Shown one piece after another: positions 59,221-59,286 of a stretch of DNA of 59,286 bases. The notes under the pieces were generated by a model. The model was given only the letters and a program-made list of their open reading frames with translations, did no database searches and was not told where the DNA came from. Each line of letters begins with the position of its first letter. Positions within the stretch are counted from its first letter, which is position 1. Position numbers and translations under genes: made by a program. The DNA comes from an uncultured Brachyspira sp. (GTDB taxonomy: Bacteria; Spirochaetota; Brachyspiria; Brachyspirales; Brachyspiraceae): contig CALXXQ010000011.1 in assembly GCA_944392715.1 (NCBI GenBank), positions 1 through 59,286 of the forward strand, given 5' to 3'.

Positions 59221-59286
59221 TTACTCCTTTTCTGATTCTACGGCAACTAATATATTAAAATCGCCAATAGAGGTATCTAATTTTAT
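59221..59286 (-). CDS. cheX: C-terminal fragment of probable CheX phosphatase (runs off the window)
   Basis: Manual translation IKLDTSIGDFNILVAVESEKE*; stop 6 nt before cheY; cheX-cheY order is typical of spirochaetes. Confidence 0.55.
   Translation of the reverse strand: MKLDTSIGDFNILVAVESEKE

Noticed and set aside
1-59286. tRNA, rRNA, riboswitch, prophage or defence genes
   Set aside because: None recognised by eye; intergenic regions are short and AT-rich. A covariance-model scan (Infernal/Rfam) would be needed to exclude small RNAs.

Overview
Very AT-rich bacterial chromosome segment with spirochaete-type gene content (BMP lipoprotein cluster, cheX-cheY, bactofilin, many lipoproteins). 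My best guess from sequence style and protein families is Brachyspira (inference). It is mostly core and metabolic genes: PBP1A, MATE, ispD, mcsA/mcsB, rplS, an amino-acid ABC transporter, yebC-ruvC, fruK, galE, rpmH-rnpA-yidD-yidC-jag, a deoC/phosphorylase/BMP nucleoside uptake operon, ftsH and a cheX-cheY-cheR-bactofilin-TPR-mreBCD-CYTH run. I saw no rRNA, tRNA, CRISPR array, transposase or prophage. Strongest leads: (1) a soluble Nudix hydrolase-histidine kinase fusion flanked by two RsbW-like kinases with no cognate regulator nearby; (2) a dispersed ~310-bp intergenic element made of six GC-rich nodes in strict mirror symmetry with fixed spacing (one full, two partial copies); (3) an McsB with a degenerate active site; (4) an MreB with non-canonical catalytic residues; (5) a homopolymer-frameshifted SDR gene. 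All family calls are by eye from motifs; no searches were run.
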